The translations under genes and the position numbers were made by a program. DNA of 64,000 nt from Candidatus Parcubacteria bacterium. Lineage in GTDB: Bacteria > Patescibacteriota > Minisyncoccia > Phycocordibacterales > UBA2100. Shown in pieces: positions 39,987-50,297 of this stretch. Where the stretch lies: the NCBI GenBank assembly GCA_003599295.1, contig QZJK01000006.1:14681-78680 (forward strand), read 5' to 3'. The notes beneath the pieces were generated by a model. The model made no database searches. It saw nothing but the letters and a program-made list of their open reading frames with translations, and was not told the origin of the DNA. How positions within the stretch are numbered: the first letter of the stretch is position 1; every line of letters starts with the position of its first letter.

Positions 39987-41087
39987 ATGGGCCTTTCTAT
40001 CGGTATTGTAGGACTTCCAAACGTGGGAAAATCCACGCTTTTTAATGCGCTCACACGGAAAGGAGTCTTAATCGCGAATTATCCGTTTGCGACCATCGAC
40101 CCTTCGGTGGGTGTTGTCGCGGTTCCGGATATTCGGCTCGACAGGCTCGCCGAAATGTCGCATTCGGAAAAGAAAATGCCGGCAGCTGTTGAATTCGTGG
40201 ACATCGCGGGGCTTGTGAAAGGTGCTTCGGAAGGGGAGGGGTTGGGAAATCAATTCCTTTCGCACATTCGCGAGGTGGATGCCATTCTGGAAGTAGTGCG
40301 CGTGTTCGACGATGAAGATATTCATCACGTCGCGGGCAATGTAGACCCCCGATACGACATCGAGGTAATCGACCTTGAGCTCGTGGAGGCCGACAAGCAA
40401 TCAGCGGAGAAACGCCTCGAACGCCTTGAAAGAGATGCGAAAGGAGGCGATAAGGCTCTTGTCGCCGAACGGGACGTGCTTCGAAAGCTCGTGCCGGCAT
40501 TGAAAGCGGGAAAAGCCGCGCGGACGGTCTCTCTCAGTGAAACAGAAAAAGAGAACGCGAAAACACTCCACTTACTCACGCTAAAACCGGTCCTCTATGT
40601 ACTGAACAGAAAAAGCGGAGTGGTGAATGTTGATGCGGAAAACAGCGAGAGGTGGCGGGAGCTCAAGGGTTTTCTTGATGCGAACAATGCTCCCTATGTG
40701 ATAGTGGACGCGGGGGTCGAGAACGAGCTCTCCGATGTTCACCAGGATGAAAAAGCAGATTTTCGCCGCGAACTCGGCGTCGCCGAAGACGGCCTCAATG
40801 CGCTCATCAAAGCGGGGTACTCACTTCTCGACCTCATTTCATTCTTTACGACGGGCGAGAAAGAAAGCCGTGCGTGGACCATAAAAAGAGGTTCTACCGC
40901 TCCCGAGGCCGGCGCCGTCATCCACTCGGATTTTCGGGATAAATTCATCCGCGCGGAAGTCATCGAATGGAGCAAGCTCTTGGAGGCCGGTTCATACGCG
41001 GCGGCGCGCAGCAAAGGCCTATTGCGCACGGAGGGCAAAGAATATGTTGTGCAAGATGGCGACGTGATGGAATTTCTGCATAGCTGA
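39987..41087 (+). CDS. ychF: ribosome-binding ATPase YchF
   Basis: GIVGLPNVGKSTLFNAL P-loop. C-terminal TGS domain (IHSDFRDKFIRAEV). Confidence 0.9.
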   Translation: MGLSIGIVGLPNVGKSTLFNALTRKGVLIANYPFATIDPSVGVVAVPDIRLDRLAEMSHSEKKMPAAVEFVDIAGLVKGASEGEGLGNQFLSHIREVDAILEVVRVFDDEDIHHVAGNVDPRYDIEVIDLELVEADKQSAEKRLERLERDAKGGDKALVAERDVLRKLVPALKAGKAARTVSLSETEKENAKTLHLLTLKPVLYVLNRKSGVVNVDAENSERWRELKGFLDANNAPYVIVDAGVENELSDVHQDEKADFRRELGVAEDGLNALIKAGYSLLDLISFFTTGEKESRAWTIKRGSTAPEAGAVIHSDFRDKFIRAEVIEWSKLLEAGSYAAARSKGLLRTEGKEYVVQDGDVMEFLHS

Positions 41088-41103
41088 TGGGATGTGATGC
41101 TTG

Positions 41104-41143
41104 CCCCGTTAGAAGCGAAGCTTTCTAACGGGGGAGTTTTTGC
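41104..41143 (+). terminator. rho-independent terminator after ychF
   Basis: ccccgttagaagcgaagctttctaacgggg hairpin followed by gagtttttg. Confidence 0.55.
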
Positions 41144-41174
41144 ATAGTTAGATAGCAGGCGACGCCGCAGGTAG

Positions 41175-41390
41175 TTATCCGCGGCGCCGTTTCTTGACGA
41201 CCTTTTTCTGCGTGATGGGCGGGAACCAGAAATTAAAAGTTATCGCCCATGCGCAGAACGTGGCGCGTCCGACGCCGAACTGATCGAGAAAGTCCTCCGC
41301 TCGGGGTTGAGTAATTCGCCACATCCAAAACGGGTCAAACACCCCATTCGGCTTTGATATGCCGAACGGGTCGTACAAATTCGTGTGCAT
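41175..41390 (-). CDS. small hypothetical protein
   Basis: 71-aa ORF from an internal Met, W/F-rich. Weak call. Confidence 0.2.
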   Translation of the reverse strand: MHTNLYDPFGISKPNGVFDPFWMWRITQPRAEDFLDQFGVGRATFCAWAITFNFWFPPITQKKVVKKRRRG

Positions 41391-41483
41391 GATGATACAC
41401 CTCCTGCACGTGAGCCTAGCATGGAAAGTAGAACATTTTTCAGGACGTTGACAGAATAGAAAATGTGCTATGATTGACGGCAT

Positions 41484-42434
41484 ATGGACAAACCTAAAGT
41501 AACCCCGAAGGATTTCTTCCTCTGGGCGGGCGCGATGATAGCTCTCTACGGGAGCGTTATTTCATTTTTAACGCTTCTCTTTCAGTACATTAATTACGCG
41601 TATCCCGACCCGCTCGCGTATTACTATGTCGAGCCATATTCAGGCGGCATGCGCTTCGCAATGGCAACGCTCATCGTTCTTGTGCCGGTCACTATCCTTC
41701 TGATGCGCTTCATCAGGAACGATATCGCCCGTGATGCGATGAAGAGCGAGCTGTGGGTGCGCCGCTGGGCGCTGGTGCTTACGGTCTTTTTCGCAGGCTT
41801 CACGGTCGTCGGAGACCTCATCGCGCTCGTAAACGGCTTCCTCGGAGGCGATCTTACGACCCGGTTCACTCTCAAAGTGCTTGTCGTACTATTCGTCGCC
41901 GGCGGCGTGTTCCTTCATTTCCTTGCAGATTTGCGGGGTTATTGGACGGCAAACCCGTCTCGAGCAAAAACAGTCGGTCTCGGTACCGGCGCCTTGGTCC
42001 TTGTCGCCATAATCTCCGGGTTCTTCATTATGGGAACACCGGGAGAAGTGCGGCTCCTGCGCTTTGACGACCAGAAGGTAAGCGACCTTCAGAATATTCA
42101 GTGGCAAATAGTGAATTACTGGCAGCAAAAAGAGGCATTGCCGGCTACGATTGAGGAGCTCAAGGACCCGCTTGGCGGTTTCATACCGCCCGTTGATTCG
42201 CAGACAGGGGAGCCGTACGAATATAGGAAGACAGGAACGATGTCATTTGAATTGTGCGCGACCTTTAACGCTGAAAGCAATAAGACTGGTTCGCAAGTAT
42301 CGCGGCCGTATCCGGAATACGGCGTTGAAGCAGAGAACTGGCAACATCCGGCAGGCGAGCATTGCTTTGAACGCACGATAGACCCCGACCGCTATCCTCC
42401 CTATACTAAAACAGTGCCTGCTGCGATACGCTAG
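41484..42434 (+). CDS. integral membrane protein (DUF5671-like, common in CPR genomes)
   Basis: Five hydrophobic helices in the N-terminal two-thirds and a soluble C-terminal domain. Family named from memory only. Confidence 0.4.
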   Translation: MDKPKVTPKDFFLWAGAMIALYGSVISFLTLLFQYINYAYPDPLAYYYVEPYSGGMRFAMATLIVLVPVTILLMRFIRNDIARDAMKSELWVRRWALVLTVFFAGFTVVGDLIALVNGFLGGDLTTRFTLKVLVVLFVAGGVFLHFLADLRGYWTANPSRAKTVGLGTGALVLVAIISGFFIMGTPGEVRLLRFDDQKVSDLQNIQWQIVNYWQQKEALPATIEELKDPLGGFIPPVDSQTGEPYEYRKTGTMSFELCATFNAESNKTGSQVSRPYPEYGVEAENWQHPAGEHCFERTIDPDRYPPYTKTVPAAIR

Positions 42435-42440
42435 GGCCTC

Positions 42441-43340
42441 ATGATCCTCGACCGATTTTTCGGACGAAAGGAAAGACGATCAGTTTTTGAGGGCAAAACG
42501 CCGGAGCAGATAAAAGAAGAATGGCGCGGTCTCGTGCCTGAACCGGACGATATCCGGCGCGATCGTTTAGCGCGAGAAGAGTTAAAGAAGAGTCAAATAG
42601 AGCGTGAAAAAGAGCGTGCCGAATGGATCGTAGAGGATCTTCGTCAACCGGTCGAGAACATTCTCATTGAACTTCTCCCCGACATAGAGTCTGGTGCGTA
42701 CAGTACCATCATCGGCGATGATGCGTCCGGCAGAGTACCGACTATCATTTTGGCGCATGTAATAAAGTCCATTTATGAACTAAAAGGTCACCAGCCGCCC
42801 GTCGTACGGTTTTTGGCCGGAAGCACGGGTCTACTCAAAGATCAAAAAAGTGAAGATGTCGCTGATATCGCTGTTGAAAAAGCGAAGAGCCTCGCAGAAC
42901 AGGTGAAGAAGATCCAAGACACTGTTCGCAAGCACTCTGAACCGAAGAAAGTCCTTATTGTTACAGATATTATAGATACAGGCGAAAGCATACAAACATT
43001 GTTATCGGCATTAAAAAGAAACGACTGGGATGCAGACGTGGCGACCATCGGAACGACGGATGAGGCAAAACTGCAGGAATTAAGCGACCTTTGGGGCACA
43101 CGCATCGTCCGCGGACGATGGACGGGTGCGATGATATATCAGGACAAGGCGTTAACCGGCGTGCAGAAAAAGAAAGGTGATCTCTTCGCTACTCCACACC
43201 CCGAAGCTGATCCTGACCGGGTCCGACATGGGCGTGACGTAGCACGGCAGATCGCTCGCGAACTATTCGACAAATACAAAACGAAAGACCTAGATATGCA
43301 CTTCGAGCATGGAACGGGCATCACGTATTCTCCCAGGTAA
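42441..43340 (+). CDS. phosphoribosyltransferase-domain protein
   Basis: Type I PRT PRPP-binding motif KKVLIVTDIIDTGESI preceded by a charged coiled N-terminal region. Confidence 0.45.
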   Translation: MILDRFFGRKERRSVFEGKTPEQIKEEWRGLVPEPDDIRRDRLAREELKKSQIEREKERAEWIVEDLRQPVENILIELLPDIESGAYSTIIGDDASGRVPTIILAHVIKSIYELKGHQPPVVRFLAGSTGLLKDQKSEDVADIAVEKAKSLAEQVKKIQDTVRKHSEPKKVLIVTDIIDTGESIQTLLSALKRNDWDADVATIGTTDEAKLQELSDLWGTRIVRGRWTGAMIYQDKALTGVQKKKGDLFATPHPEADPDRVRHGRDVARQIARELFDKYKTKDLDMHFEHGTGITYSPR

Positions 43341-43355
43341 TTTTTACGCTTTCTG

Positions 43356-43604
43356 TTATAGGGATTTTTGGTTGAGACGATATCGCTGAGCGGCGAGGAT
43401 TCCCCACAATCCCGCATTCACGACGGCCATCGTAACAGCGAGCCAGAGATGAAGCGAGGCGAACACGAATGCCATTGTCGAAATACAGCCCGCAGTCATG
43501 AGGGCAGTGGAGAGGGTCGGTTTCTGTGTAGGGTGCAGGATGGTTGGGACGACAGAGAACGCGAATACGATTTGAACGCCGAGAATGACGAAATCTTGCC
43601 ACAT
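43356..43604 (-). CDS. small three-TM membrane protein
   Basis: 82-aa ORF with three hydrophobic helices. Confidence 0.3.
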   Translation of the reverse strand: MWQDFVILGVQIVFAFSVVPTILHPTQKPTLSTALMTAGCISTMAFVFASLHLWLAVTMAVVNAGLWGILAAQRYRLNQKSL

Positions 43605-43644
43605 CTGGATAGTATAGCGTATTCAGTATAAAGTATGACGTATT

Positions 43645-46600
43645 ATGCGGAAATACGACCACCGGAAGATAGAGAAAAAATGGCAGGCTGATTGGGGCAA
43701 GAAAAAGCTCTACGAGACCCGGGACAGCGTGAAGGGGAGAGACAATTTTTACCTCCTTGTCGAGTTCCCGTATCCGTCTGGAAATCTCCATGTCGGACAC
43801 TGGTACGCCTTTTCTGTGCCGGACATTTTGGCGCGCATGCTCCGGATGCAGGGGAAGAACGTGCTCTTTCCCGTGGGGTTCGACGCATTCGGGCTTCCGG
43901 CCGAGAACGCCGCCATCAAGAACAAACTGAACCCGAGAAAGTGGACTTTCGGCAACATCGCCTACATGCGGAAGCAGATGCACTCGATGGGCACGTCATT
44001 CGATTGGTCGCGCGAGGTCATCACGTGCGACCCCGCGTACTATAGGTGGACTCAGTGGCAATTCCTGCAGTTCTTGAAGAAGGGATTAGCGTACCGAAAA
44101 GAAACGGCAGTGAATTGGTGTCCTTCATGCAAAACCGTCTTGGCGAATGAGCAGGTCGTGGACGGACGGTGCGAGCGCTGCAAGACAGAAGTCGTGCAAA
44201 AAGAGATGTTGCAGTGGAACATGAAGATAACCGACTACGCGGATAGGCTCGTCGATGACCTCGAACCTCTCGATTGGCCGGAACAGATAAAGGAATCTCA
44301 AAAGAATTGGATAGGACGCTCGGAAGGCGCGGAAATTGATTTTCCGCTTGCTATCGGCGGCATTAAACGATTTGTGCTGTTGCATGGACGAGAGGGCTCT
44401 CCGGAAAAAGGGTTCTTTCCATGGCTCAAAATCGAACTAGAGAAGCGCGGATATGAAGTACAAGTACCCACACTGCCAAATACCGAAGAGCCGAACGACG
44501 AAGCGCAGGCGGATTACGTGCAAGAACACTGTACTCTGGATGAAGATACGGTTGTTATAGGTCATTCTTTCGGAGGCGTCGTCGCATTGCGTTTACTCGA
44601 ACGTGGCAAGAAGGTACAGCGTGTTTCGCTGGTTTCTACGCCGTACTCAGGGACGTACCTGGATTCTAAAAAGCGCGCGAGTGTGACCGAGGCATGCAAA
44701 AAAGGATTTGATTTCGGAAAAATAAAGAGGAATGCGCAGTCTTTCATTGTATTACCCGATAGTACGGATCTCGTCGTACCATCATCGGACGCGGAGCATC
44801 TTGCGAAGGGACTCAATGGTTTGTTATTGAAAGGCGTTGGGACGAAACCGCACTTTGGAGGTTCTCGAGAGCCCGACGTACTTATGGCGAGTATTCCGGT
44901 TATCCGCGTTTTTACCACGCGCCCCGATACGCTCTTTGGTGCGACATACTTGGTGCTCGCTCCGGAACATCCGTGGGTCACGCTTGCGCTCGATGAAAAG
45001 CACGATGTTCTTGAGAACAAAGAAGAGGTGCAGAGGTATGTAAGGGAAGCGCGCAAGAAAACGGAACTTGAGCGGCAGACAGAGCAGAAGGAAAAGACAG
45101 GGGTTCCGTTGAAAGGCGTAAAAGCGATTAACCCCGGTACGGGGCTCCAGATACCGATATACGTTGCCGATTACGTGCTGGGAGGATACGGTACAGGCGC
45201 AATCATGGCCGTGCCTGCGCATGACGAGCGCGATTATGCGTTTGCGAAAAAGTTCAACTTGCCGATACAAGAAGTTATCGAGCCTATATTCATCAGAACG
45301 GCCGGACCGGACGCCCTTCGCCACGAAGGGCCAGTTCTGGACAGGCCCGCCATTAATGCCGTGATACGGCGACCGTCAGACGGAAAGTATCTTGCTCAGA
45401 CGTACAAACCTACCATCACGCAGGGATTCGTGTCGGGGGGTATCGAAGATAACGAAGCACCTATTGAAGCCGCGATCCGGGAGGTTCGGGAAGAAACAGG
45501 CTATGCGGACATTTCATATGTGAAGCACATCGGCGGCGTCGTTCATAGCAAGTATTACAGCCCGCAGAGAGGGACGAACATTTTCGCGCACTTCACACCG
45601 CTCCTTTTTGAGCTGAAGAGCGACCGTCGCGTCGAAATGGTTTCTGAGGAAAGGGCGATGCACAGTACGCAATGGTTGGATGCCGACGAACTGACCGCAT
45701 ACATTAATCGTGAGGATTTCAGGTTTGTTTGGCAGCGCGTTCAAAAAGAGACGACGTACTATACCGGAGAGGGGATACTCGCGAATTCCGGGGAATTTTC
45801 TGGCATGGGAAGCGAGGCTGCGCGAAAGAGTATCGCTGAGAAATTCGGGCGCTTGAAGAAAACCTATAAAATGCGTGATTGGGTGGTTTCTCGCCAGCGC
45901 TACTGGGGAGTTCCGATACCCGTCATCCACTGTCCGAAATGCGGCGCGGTACCGGTGCCCGATAAGGACCTGCCGGTCAAACTGCCGGAGGTGAAAGATT
46001 ATCTCCCTGACGGCCGCGGCAAATCACCGCTCGCGAAGGCCACGAAATGGGTCTCGGTAAAATGCCCGAACTGCAAAGGGAAAGCCGAGCGGGAAACGGA
46101 TACACTCGACACATTCGTGGATTCTTCGTGGTACTACCTCCGCTACACCGACTCGAAGAACACAAAGAAATTCGCCGACCCCAAGAATCAAGCGAAGTGG
46201 ATGCCGGTGAACCTCTATTCAGGCGGAGCCGAACACACGACGATGCACGTCTTGTACTCCCGTTTCTGGCAGAAAGCTCTCTACGACATGAAGCTCGTGA
46301 AGGACAAAGAGCCATACACGCGCCGCATGAACAGAAGTCTCATTCTGGGGCCCGACGGTCAAAAGATGTCGAAATCGCGGGGAAATGTCATTGATCCGGA
46401 TGAGGTCGTCGCGCGGCTCGGCGCCGACACCGTGCGCATGTACCTCGCGTTCATCGGACCGTATAACGAAGTGTCGAACTATCCGTGGAATCCTGACGGC
46501 GTCGCCGGCGTCCGTCGGTTCCTTGAGCGCGTGTGGAATGTGCAGGAGCAATCCAAGACGGCGGGCAAGGACGTTAAAGAACTTGAGCCGCTTCTCCATA

Positions 46601-47037
46601 AAACGATAAAGAAAGTGGGAGAAGACATCGCGGCACAGAAATTCAATACTGCCTTGAGTCAGCTGATGATATTCCTGAATGCCGTGGAAAAAGCGCGCTC
46701 GATAGGCGTGAAGCAGTGGGGGACATTCCTGCGTCTTCTCGCTCCGTTCGCGCCGCATATGGCAGAAGAACTCTGGCACGAGCTGGGGAACAAAAAATCC
46801 GTGCACATGGAGAAGTGGCCGCTTTTTGACCCAGCGCTACTTCAAGAGGATACGGTGCGTATCGCCGTGCAGATAAATGGAAAAACACGCGGAGAAACGG
46901 AAGTACCGACGGGAGCCGACAAAGCCGTACAAGAAAAGGCGGCGCGCGAAGCGGTCGCAGTGCGCCTAGAAGGGAAGAGTGTCGTTCGCACTATTGTAGT
47001 GCCGAATCGTCTCGTCAATTTCGTTCTTAAAGTTTAG
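43645..47037 (+). CDS. leuS: leucyl-tRNA synthetase with two inserted domains (YdeN-like serine hydrolase about 44350-44895; NUDIX about 45277-45780)
   Basis: HIGH-like PYPSGNLHVGH, editing-domain TTRPDT, GTGAIMAVPAHDERDY and KMSKS all present in one 1130-aa frame. After NWIGRSEGAEIDF, about 180 aa carry GHSFGG and FIVLPDSTDLVV. After FNLPIQEV, about 165 aa carry the Nudix box GGIEDNEAPIEAAIREVREETGY. Confidence 0.9.
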   Translation: MRKYDHRKIEKKWQADWGKKKLYETRDSVKGRDNFYLLVEFPYPSGNLHVGHWYAFSVPDILARMLRMQGKNVLFPVGFDAFGLPAENAAIKNKLNPRKWTFGNIAYMRKQMHSMGTSFDWSREVITCDPAYYRWTQWQFLQFLKKGLAYRKETAVNWCPSCKTVLANEQVVDGRCERCKTEVVQKEMLQWNMKITDYADRLVDDLEPLDWPEQIKESQKNWIGRSEGAEIDFPLAIGGIKRFVLLHGREGSPEKGFFPWLKIELEKRGYEVQVPTLPNTEEPNDEAQADYVQEHCTLDEDTVVIGHSFGGVVALRLLERGKKVQRVSLVSTPYSGTYLDSKKRASVTEACKKGFDFGKIKRNAQSFIVLPDSTDLVVPSSDAEHLAKGLNGLLLKGVGTKPHFGGSREPDVLMASIPVIRVFTTRPDTLFGATYLVLAPEHPWVTLALDEKHDVLENKEEVQRYVREARKKTELERQTEQKEKTGVPLKGVKAINPGTGLQIPIYVADYVLGGYGTGAIMAVPAHDERDYAFAKKFNLPIQEVIEPIFIRTAGPDALRHEGPVLDRPAINAVIRRPSDGKYLAQTYKPTITQGFVSGGIEDNEAPIEAAIREVREETGYADISYVKHIGGVVHSKYYSPQRGTNIFAHFTPLLFELKSDRRVEMVSEERAMHSTQWLDADELTAYINREDFRFVWQRVQKETTYYTGEGILANSGEFSGMGSEAARKSIAEKFGRLKKTYKMRDWVVSRQRYWGVPIPVIHCPKCGAVPVPDKDLPVKLPEVKDYLPDGRGKSPLAKATKWVSVKCPNCKGKAERETDTLDTFVDSSWYYLRYTDSKNTKKFADPKNQAKWMPVNLYSGGAEHTTMHVLYSRFWQKALYDMKLVKDKEPYTRRMNRSLILGPDGQKMSKSRGNVIDPDEVVARLGADTVRMYLAFIGPYNEVSNYPWNPDGVAGVRRFLERVWNVQEQSKTAGKDVKELEPLLHKTIKKVGEDIAAQKFNTALSQLMIFLNAVEKARSIGVKQWGTFLRLLAPFAPHMAEELWHELGNKKSVHMEKWPLFDPALLQEDTVRIAVQINGKTRGETEVPTGADKAVQEKAAREAVAVRLEGKSVVRTIVVPNRLVNFVLKV

Positions 47038-48506
47038 CGCTTAGAAATACGCGTGCCGCCCGCGGTATCTTCAAGGATGTAGCCCTTCGTCTCCAGTTCG
47101 TCGCGTATCTTGTCCGCAAGCTCCCAGTTCTTCATGTTGCGCGCTTCGTCGCGTTCTTTGATGCGCGCTTGCACATCCCCCGGTGTTTTTTCTAGGGCGA
47201 TGGGCTTTCCGAAAAGCTTCGTATATATAGCTGCAGCTGTCGAGTCGGGAGCGCCAAGTCCGAGGCCGAACACGCGGTCCGCATCGAGAATGCCGGCTTT
47301 TATATCGGCGGAGGAAAGTTTCTTATCCTTCAGCATCTCCCACAAGACACTTAGAGCACCCGGCGTGTCGAGGTCATCATTCCACGCTTCGTGCATCTTT
47401 CGCAGGTATGAGGAAGGGGGAGTGCCCGGCGCAGCTTCTTCCAGGTCCACGAATCGCCGCAATTTCAGAAAGGAAGTTTGAGCACCTTCAAGCGCCTTCC
47501 AGCTGAAGTTGGTCGTGCTTCGGTAGTGCGCGGTCAGAAATAGATACCGGAGCGCAAGTGGATGGAATCCGCGTTCGACTATCTCCGAAAGGAACACCGT
47601 GTTGCCTTCCGATTTCGCTATCTTTGCGCCTTCTATTTGCAAATGCGCGCGGTGGAGCCAGAAGCGCGAGAACGGGCGCTTGCCTGTCGCTGATTCCGAT
47701 TGCGCTATCTCGTTGTTGTGGTGAACGGGAATATGCTCGATGCCACCCGTGTGAATGTCGATTTGTTCTCCCAGTGTCGAGCGTATCATCGCGGAGCATT
47801 CGATGTGCCAGCCAGGGAAGCCTTTACCCCACGGAGAATCCCAGCCCATTTTTTTGTCGAGCTTCCACAAGTTAAAATCGGTCGGATTGCGCTTCTCGGG
47901 ATTCGCCGCCACGCGTGCGCCCGCCTTTAATCCGGATAGATTTACGCCGCCAAGCTCGCCATAGGAAGGGAAGCGGGATGTGTCGAAATACACGCCGTGT
48001 TTTGTCCGGTACGCATATCCTTTTTCTTCGAGCGACTGTATCATCGCGATTTCCGCAGGGATGTGGTCGCTTGCGCGCGGGAAAAGTATTTTTGCGGTAT
48101 CAACGTTAAGCGTTCGGATGTCCTCCAAGAATTTCGATGCATATCGCTCGCCGAGCGCGCGCATATTCTCAAGATTCAGTTCAAGTCCCTCGCGCTTCAG
48201 GCCGGCAGTCATCTTATCTTCCCCCTCGTCGGCGTCTGAGACGAGATGTCCCACATCGGTGAAATTAATGACCTGCTTCACCTCGAACCCGTTGTATTCA
48301 AGGACTCGGCGCAATATATCCGTAAAGACGAACATCGAAAGATTCCCGATGTGCTGTACCCCGTATACGGTCGGCCCGCAGTTGTACATGCGTACCGTCC
48401 GTGCCCAAGAGGGAAGCGCGAACACCTCTTTAGATTTCGTTCGCGTATTGTACAGGTACAATGTCCTGCCGTCCTTCGAGCCGAAGAGTCGTTGCCACAA
48501 TCCCAT
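47034..48506 (-). CDS. cysS: cysteinyl-tRNA synthetase
   Basis: CGPTVYGVQHIGN (HIGH), WHIECSAM, AKIAKSEGN (KMSKS variant). Start uncertain (48506 or 48530). Convergent with leuS, overlapping by 4 nt. Confidence 0.85.
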   Translation of the reverse strand: MGLWQRLFGSKDGRTLYLYNTRTKSKEVFALPSWARTVRMYNCGPTVYGVQHIGNLSMFVFTDILRRVLEYNGFEVKQVINFTDVGHLVSDADEGEDKMTAGLKREGLELNLENMRALGERYASKFLEDIRTLNVDTAKILFPRASDHIPAEIAMIQSLEEKGYAYRTKHGVYFDTSRFPSYGELGGVNLSGLKAGARVAANPEKRNPTDFNLWKLDKKMGWDSPWGKGFPGWHIECSAMIRSTLGEQIDIHTGGIEHIPVHHNNEIAQSESATGKRPFSRFWLHRAHLQIEGAKIAKSEGNTVFLSEIVERGFHPLALRYLFLTAHYRSTTNFSWKALEGAQTSFLKLRRFVDLEEAAPGTPPSSYLRKMHEAWNDDLDTPGALSVLWEMLKDKKLSSADIKAGILDADRVFGLGLGAPDSTAAAIYTKLFGKPIALEKTPGDVQARIKERDEARNMKNWELADKIRDELETKGYILEDTAGGTRISKR

Positions 48507-48587
48507 ACCGAATTTCACCCAGAATAGCACATTACGTCCGTTCCGGCGTTAGGAACGAAAGGCCTCTTTTGCTATAATGGCCGCTTC

Positions 48588-49850
48588 ATGCGTACGCTTT
48601 TCGACCAAGAATCCGGCAGAAATCTTTCAATGCGGGCGGCTCTCGCGGGCGGCATTATTCTTGTGGCGCTTGGATTCGCGCTTGGATTCACCATGGGCGC
48701 GGGCGCGGAAGGGAAGGGTGGTCCTTTGGGCACTCTCGTGCCGCCTCCGGGGGTCGACTTTTCTCCCGTATGGAAAGCATGGTACGTCATCGACGAGAAA
48801 TTCGTTCCCGCGGCGGTTGCGACTACCACCTCGCTCGCAACTTCGACGGAAGAAACGAATCAGGAGCGCGTCTGGGGTATGGTGCAGGGGCTTGCAGAGT
48901 CTCTTGGCGACCCATACACGTATTTCTTGCCGCCTGTCGAGAACGAACAGTTCGTTGAAGATCTGAGCGGCCAATTCCAAGGTGTCGGCATGGAAATAGC
49001 GGTTCGCGATCAGATTCTTACGGTCGTGGCACCTTTGAAAGGGAGTCCCGCAGAAGCCGCCGGCATACAAAGCGGCGACCACGTATTGAAGATAGACGGC
49101 GAAGACACGCGCGGACTTGATATAACAACAGCGGTCGGAAAGATCCGGGGGGAGAAGGGAACAGTCGTGACTCTTACGATACTGCGCGACGGATGGAGTG
49201 AACCGCAGGATATCAAAGTCACTCGGGACGTCATCAGTGTACCTGCCATATCGACCACGCTTCGCTCCGACGGCGTGTTCGTCATCGAGCTTGCAAGCTT
49301 TACGGCGAACGCCCCGCAGCTCTTCCGTGAGGCGCTCCGAGAGTTCGTTGAATCAGGAAGTTCGCGTCTCGTTCTCGATCTTCGCGGGAATCCGGGAGGC
49401 TATCTTGAAGCGGCTGTCGACATGGCGAGTTGGTTCCTTCCTTCCGGTAGAGTTGTTGTGACAGAAGACTATGCAGGACACGCAGGAAGCACTGAGCATC
49501 GCTCTCGCGGCTATGACGTGTTCAACGAGAATCTGAAAATGGCCATCCTCGTCAACCGCGGCTCGGCTTCGGCGTCTGAGATCCTTGCAGGGGCACTTCG
49601 GCACTACGGCATCGCGAAGCTAGTCGGAGAGCGGACATTCGGCAAAGGCTCCGTACAAGAACTCGTTGATATCACCTCCGGTAGTGCCCTGAAGATAACC
49701 GTCGCACGTTGGCTTGACCCGAGCGGTGTGCAAATACCGCTTGACGGCATTGTGCCGGACGTCGAAGTCTCCATCACGCAGGAAAATATCGAAGCCGGAG
49801 ATGATCCTCAGCTCGAAGCTGCCGCAAAGCTGCTTCTTGGTGATGAATAA
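48588..49850 (+). CDS. ctpA: carboxyl-terminal processing protease (S41)
   Basis: PDZ domain (GSPAEAAGIQSGDHVLKIDG). S41 core LVLDLRGNPGGYL...GSASASEILAGAL with catalytic Ser and Lys. Confidence 0.8.
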   Translation: MRTLFDQESGRNLSMRAALAGGIILVALGFALGFTMGAGAEGKGGPLGTLVPPPGVDFSPVWKAWYVIDEKFVPAAVATTTSLATSTEETNQERVWGMVQGLAESLGDPYTYFLPPVENEQFVEDLSGQFQGVGMEIAVRDQILTVVAPLKGSPAEAAGIQSGDHVLKIDGEDTRGLDITTAVGKIRGEKGTVVTLTILRDGWSEPQDIKVTRDVISVPAISTTLRSDGVFVIELASFTANAPQLFREALREFVESGSSRLVLDLRGNPGGYLEAAVDMASWFLPSGRVVVTEDYAGHAGSTEHRSRGYDVFNENLKMAILVNRGSASASEILAGALRHYGIAKLVGERTFGKGSVQELVDITSGSALKITVARWLDPSGVQIPLDGIVPDVEVSITQENIEAGDDPQLEAAAKLLLGDE

Positions 49851-49856
49851 GAAAAT

Positions 49857-50297
49857 ATGAAAGTTATTTTTCTAAAAGATGTGGGCGGGGTAGGGGTGCG
49901 GGGCGCGGTCAAAGATGTGTCGGACGGCTACGCGCAAAATTTTCTTATTGCGCGAGGTTTGGCAGAACAGGCAACGCCTGAAAAACTCGCTGCTCACGAA
50001 GCTTCAATGAAAAAGGAAATGGAGGCTCGGGATGAAGATACGAAGGCTCGCGAGGCGACCATAAAAGAATTGAATGGTTTTACGCTGAGCATACAAGCGC
50101 GGGCCACGGAGAAGGGCGGTCTCTTTAAAGCCATCGGCCCAAAAGACATCGCACGCGCGCTTTCTGATGCGGGAAAGCACGTACCGGAAGATGCGATAGC
50201 GCTTGAGAAGCCAATAAAGACCGTAGGGGAGCACGCCATTGAAATCGCGTCGGGCAGCGCCCGTTCGCGGATAACGGCCGCAGTGGCGGCCGCTTAA
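49857..50297 (+). CDS. rplI: 50S ribosomal protein L9
   Basis: [30 protein letters not shown] aligns to the L9 N-domain. Confidence 0.85.
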   Translation: MKVIFLKDVGGVGVRGAVKDVSDGYAQNFLIARGLAEQATPEKLAAHEASMKKEMEARDEDTKAREATIKELNGFTLSIQARATEKGGLFKAIGPKDIARALSDAGKHVPEDAIALEKPIKTVGEHAIEIASGSARSRITAAVAAA

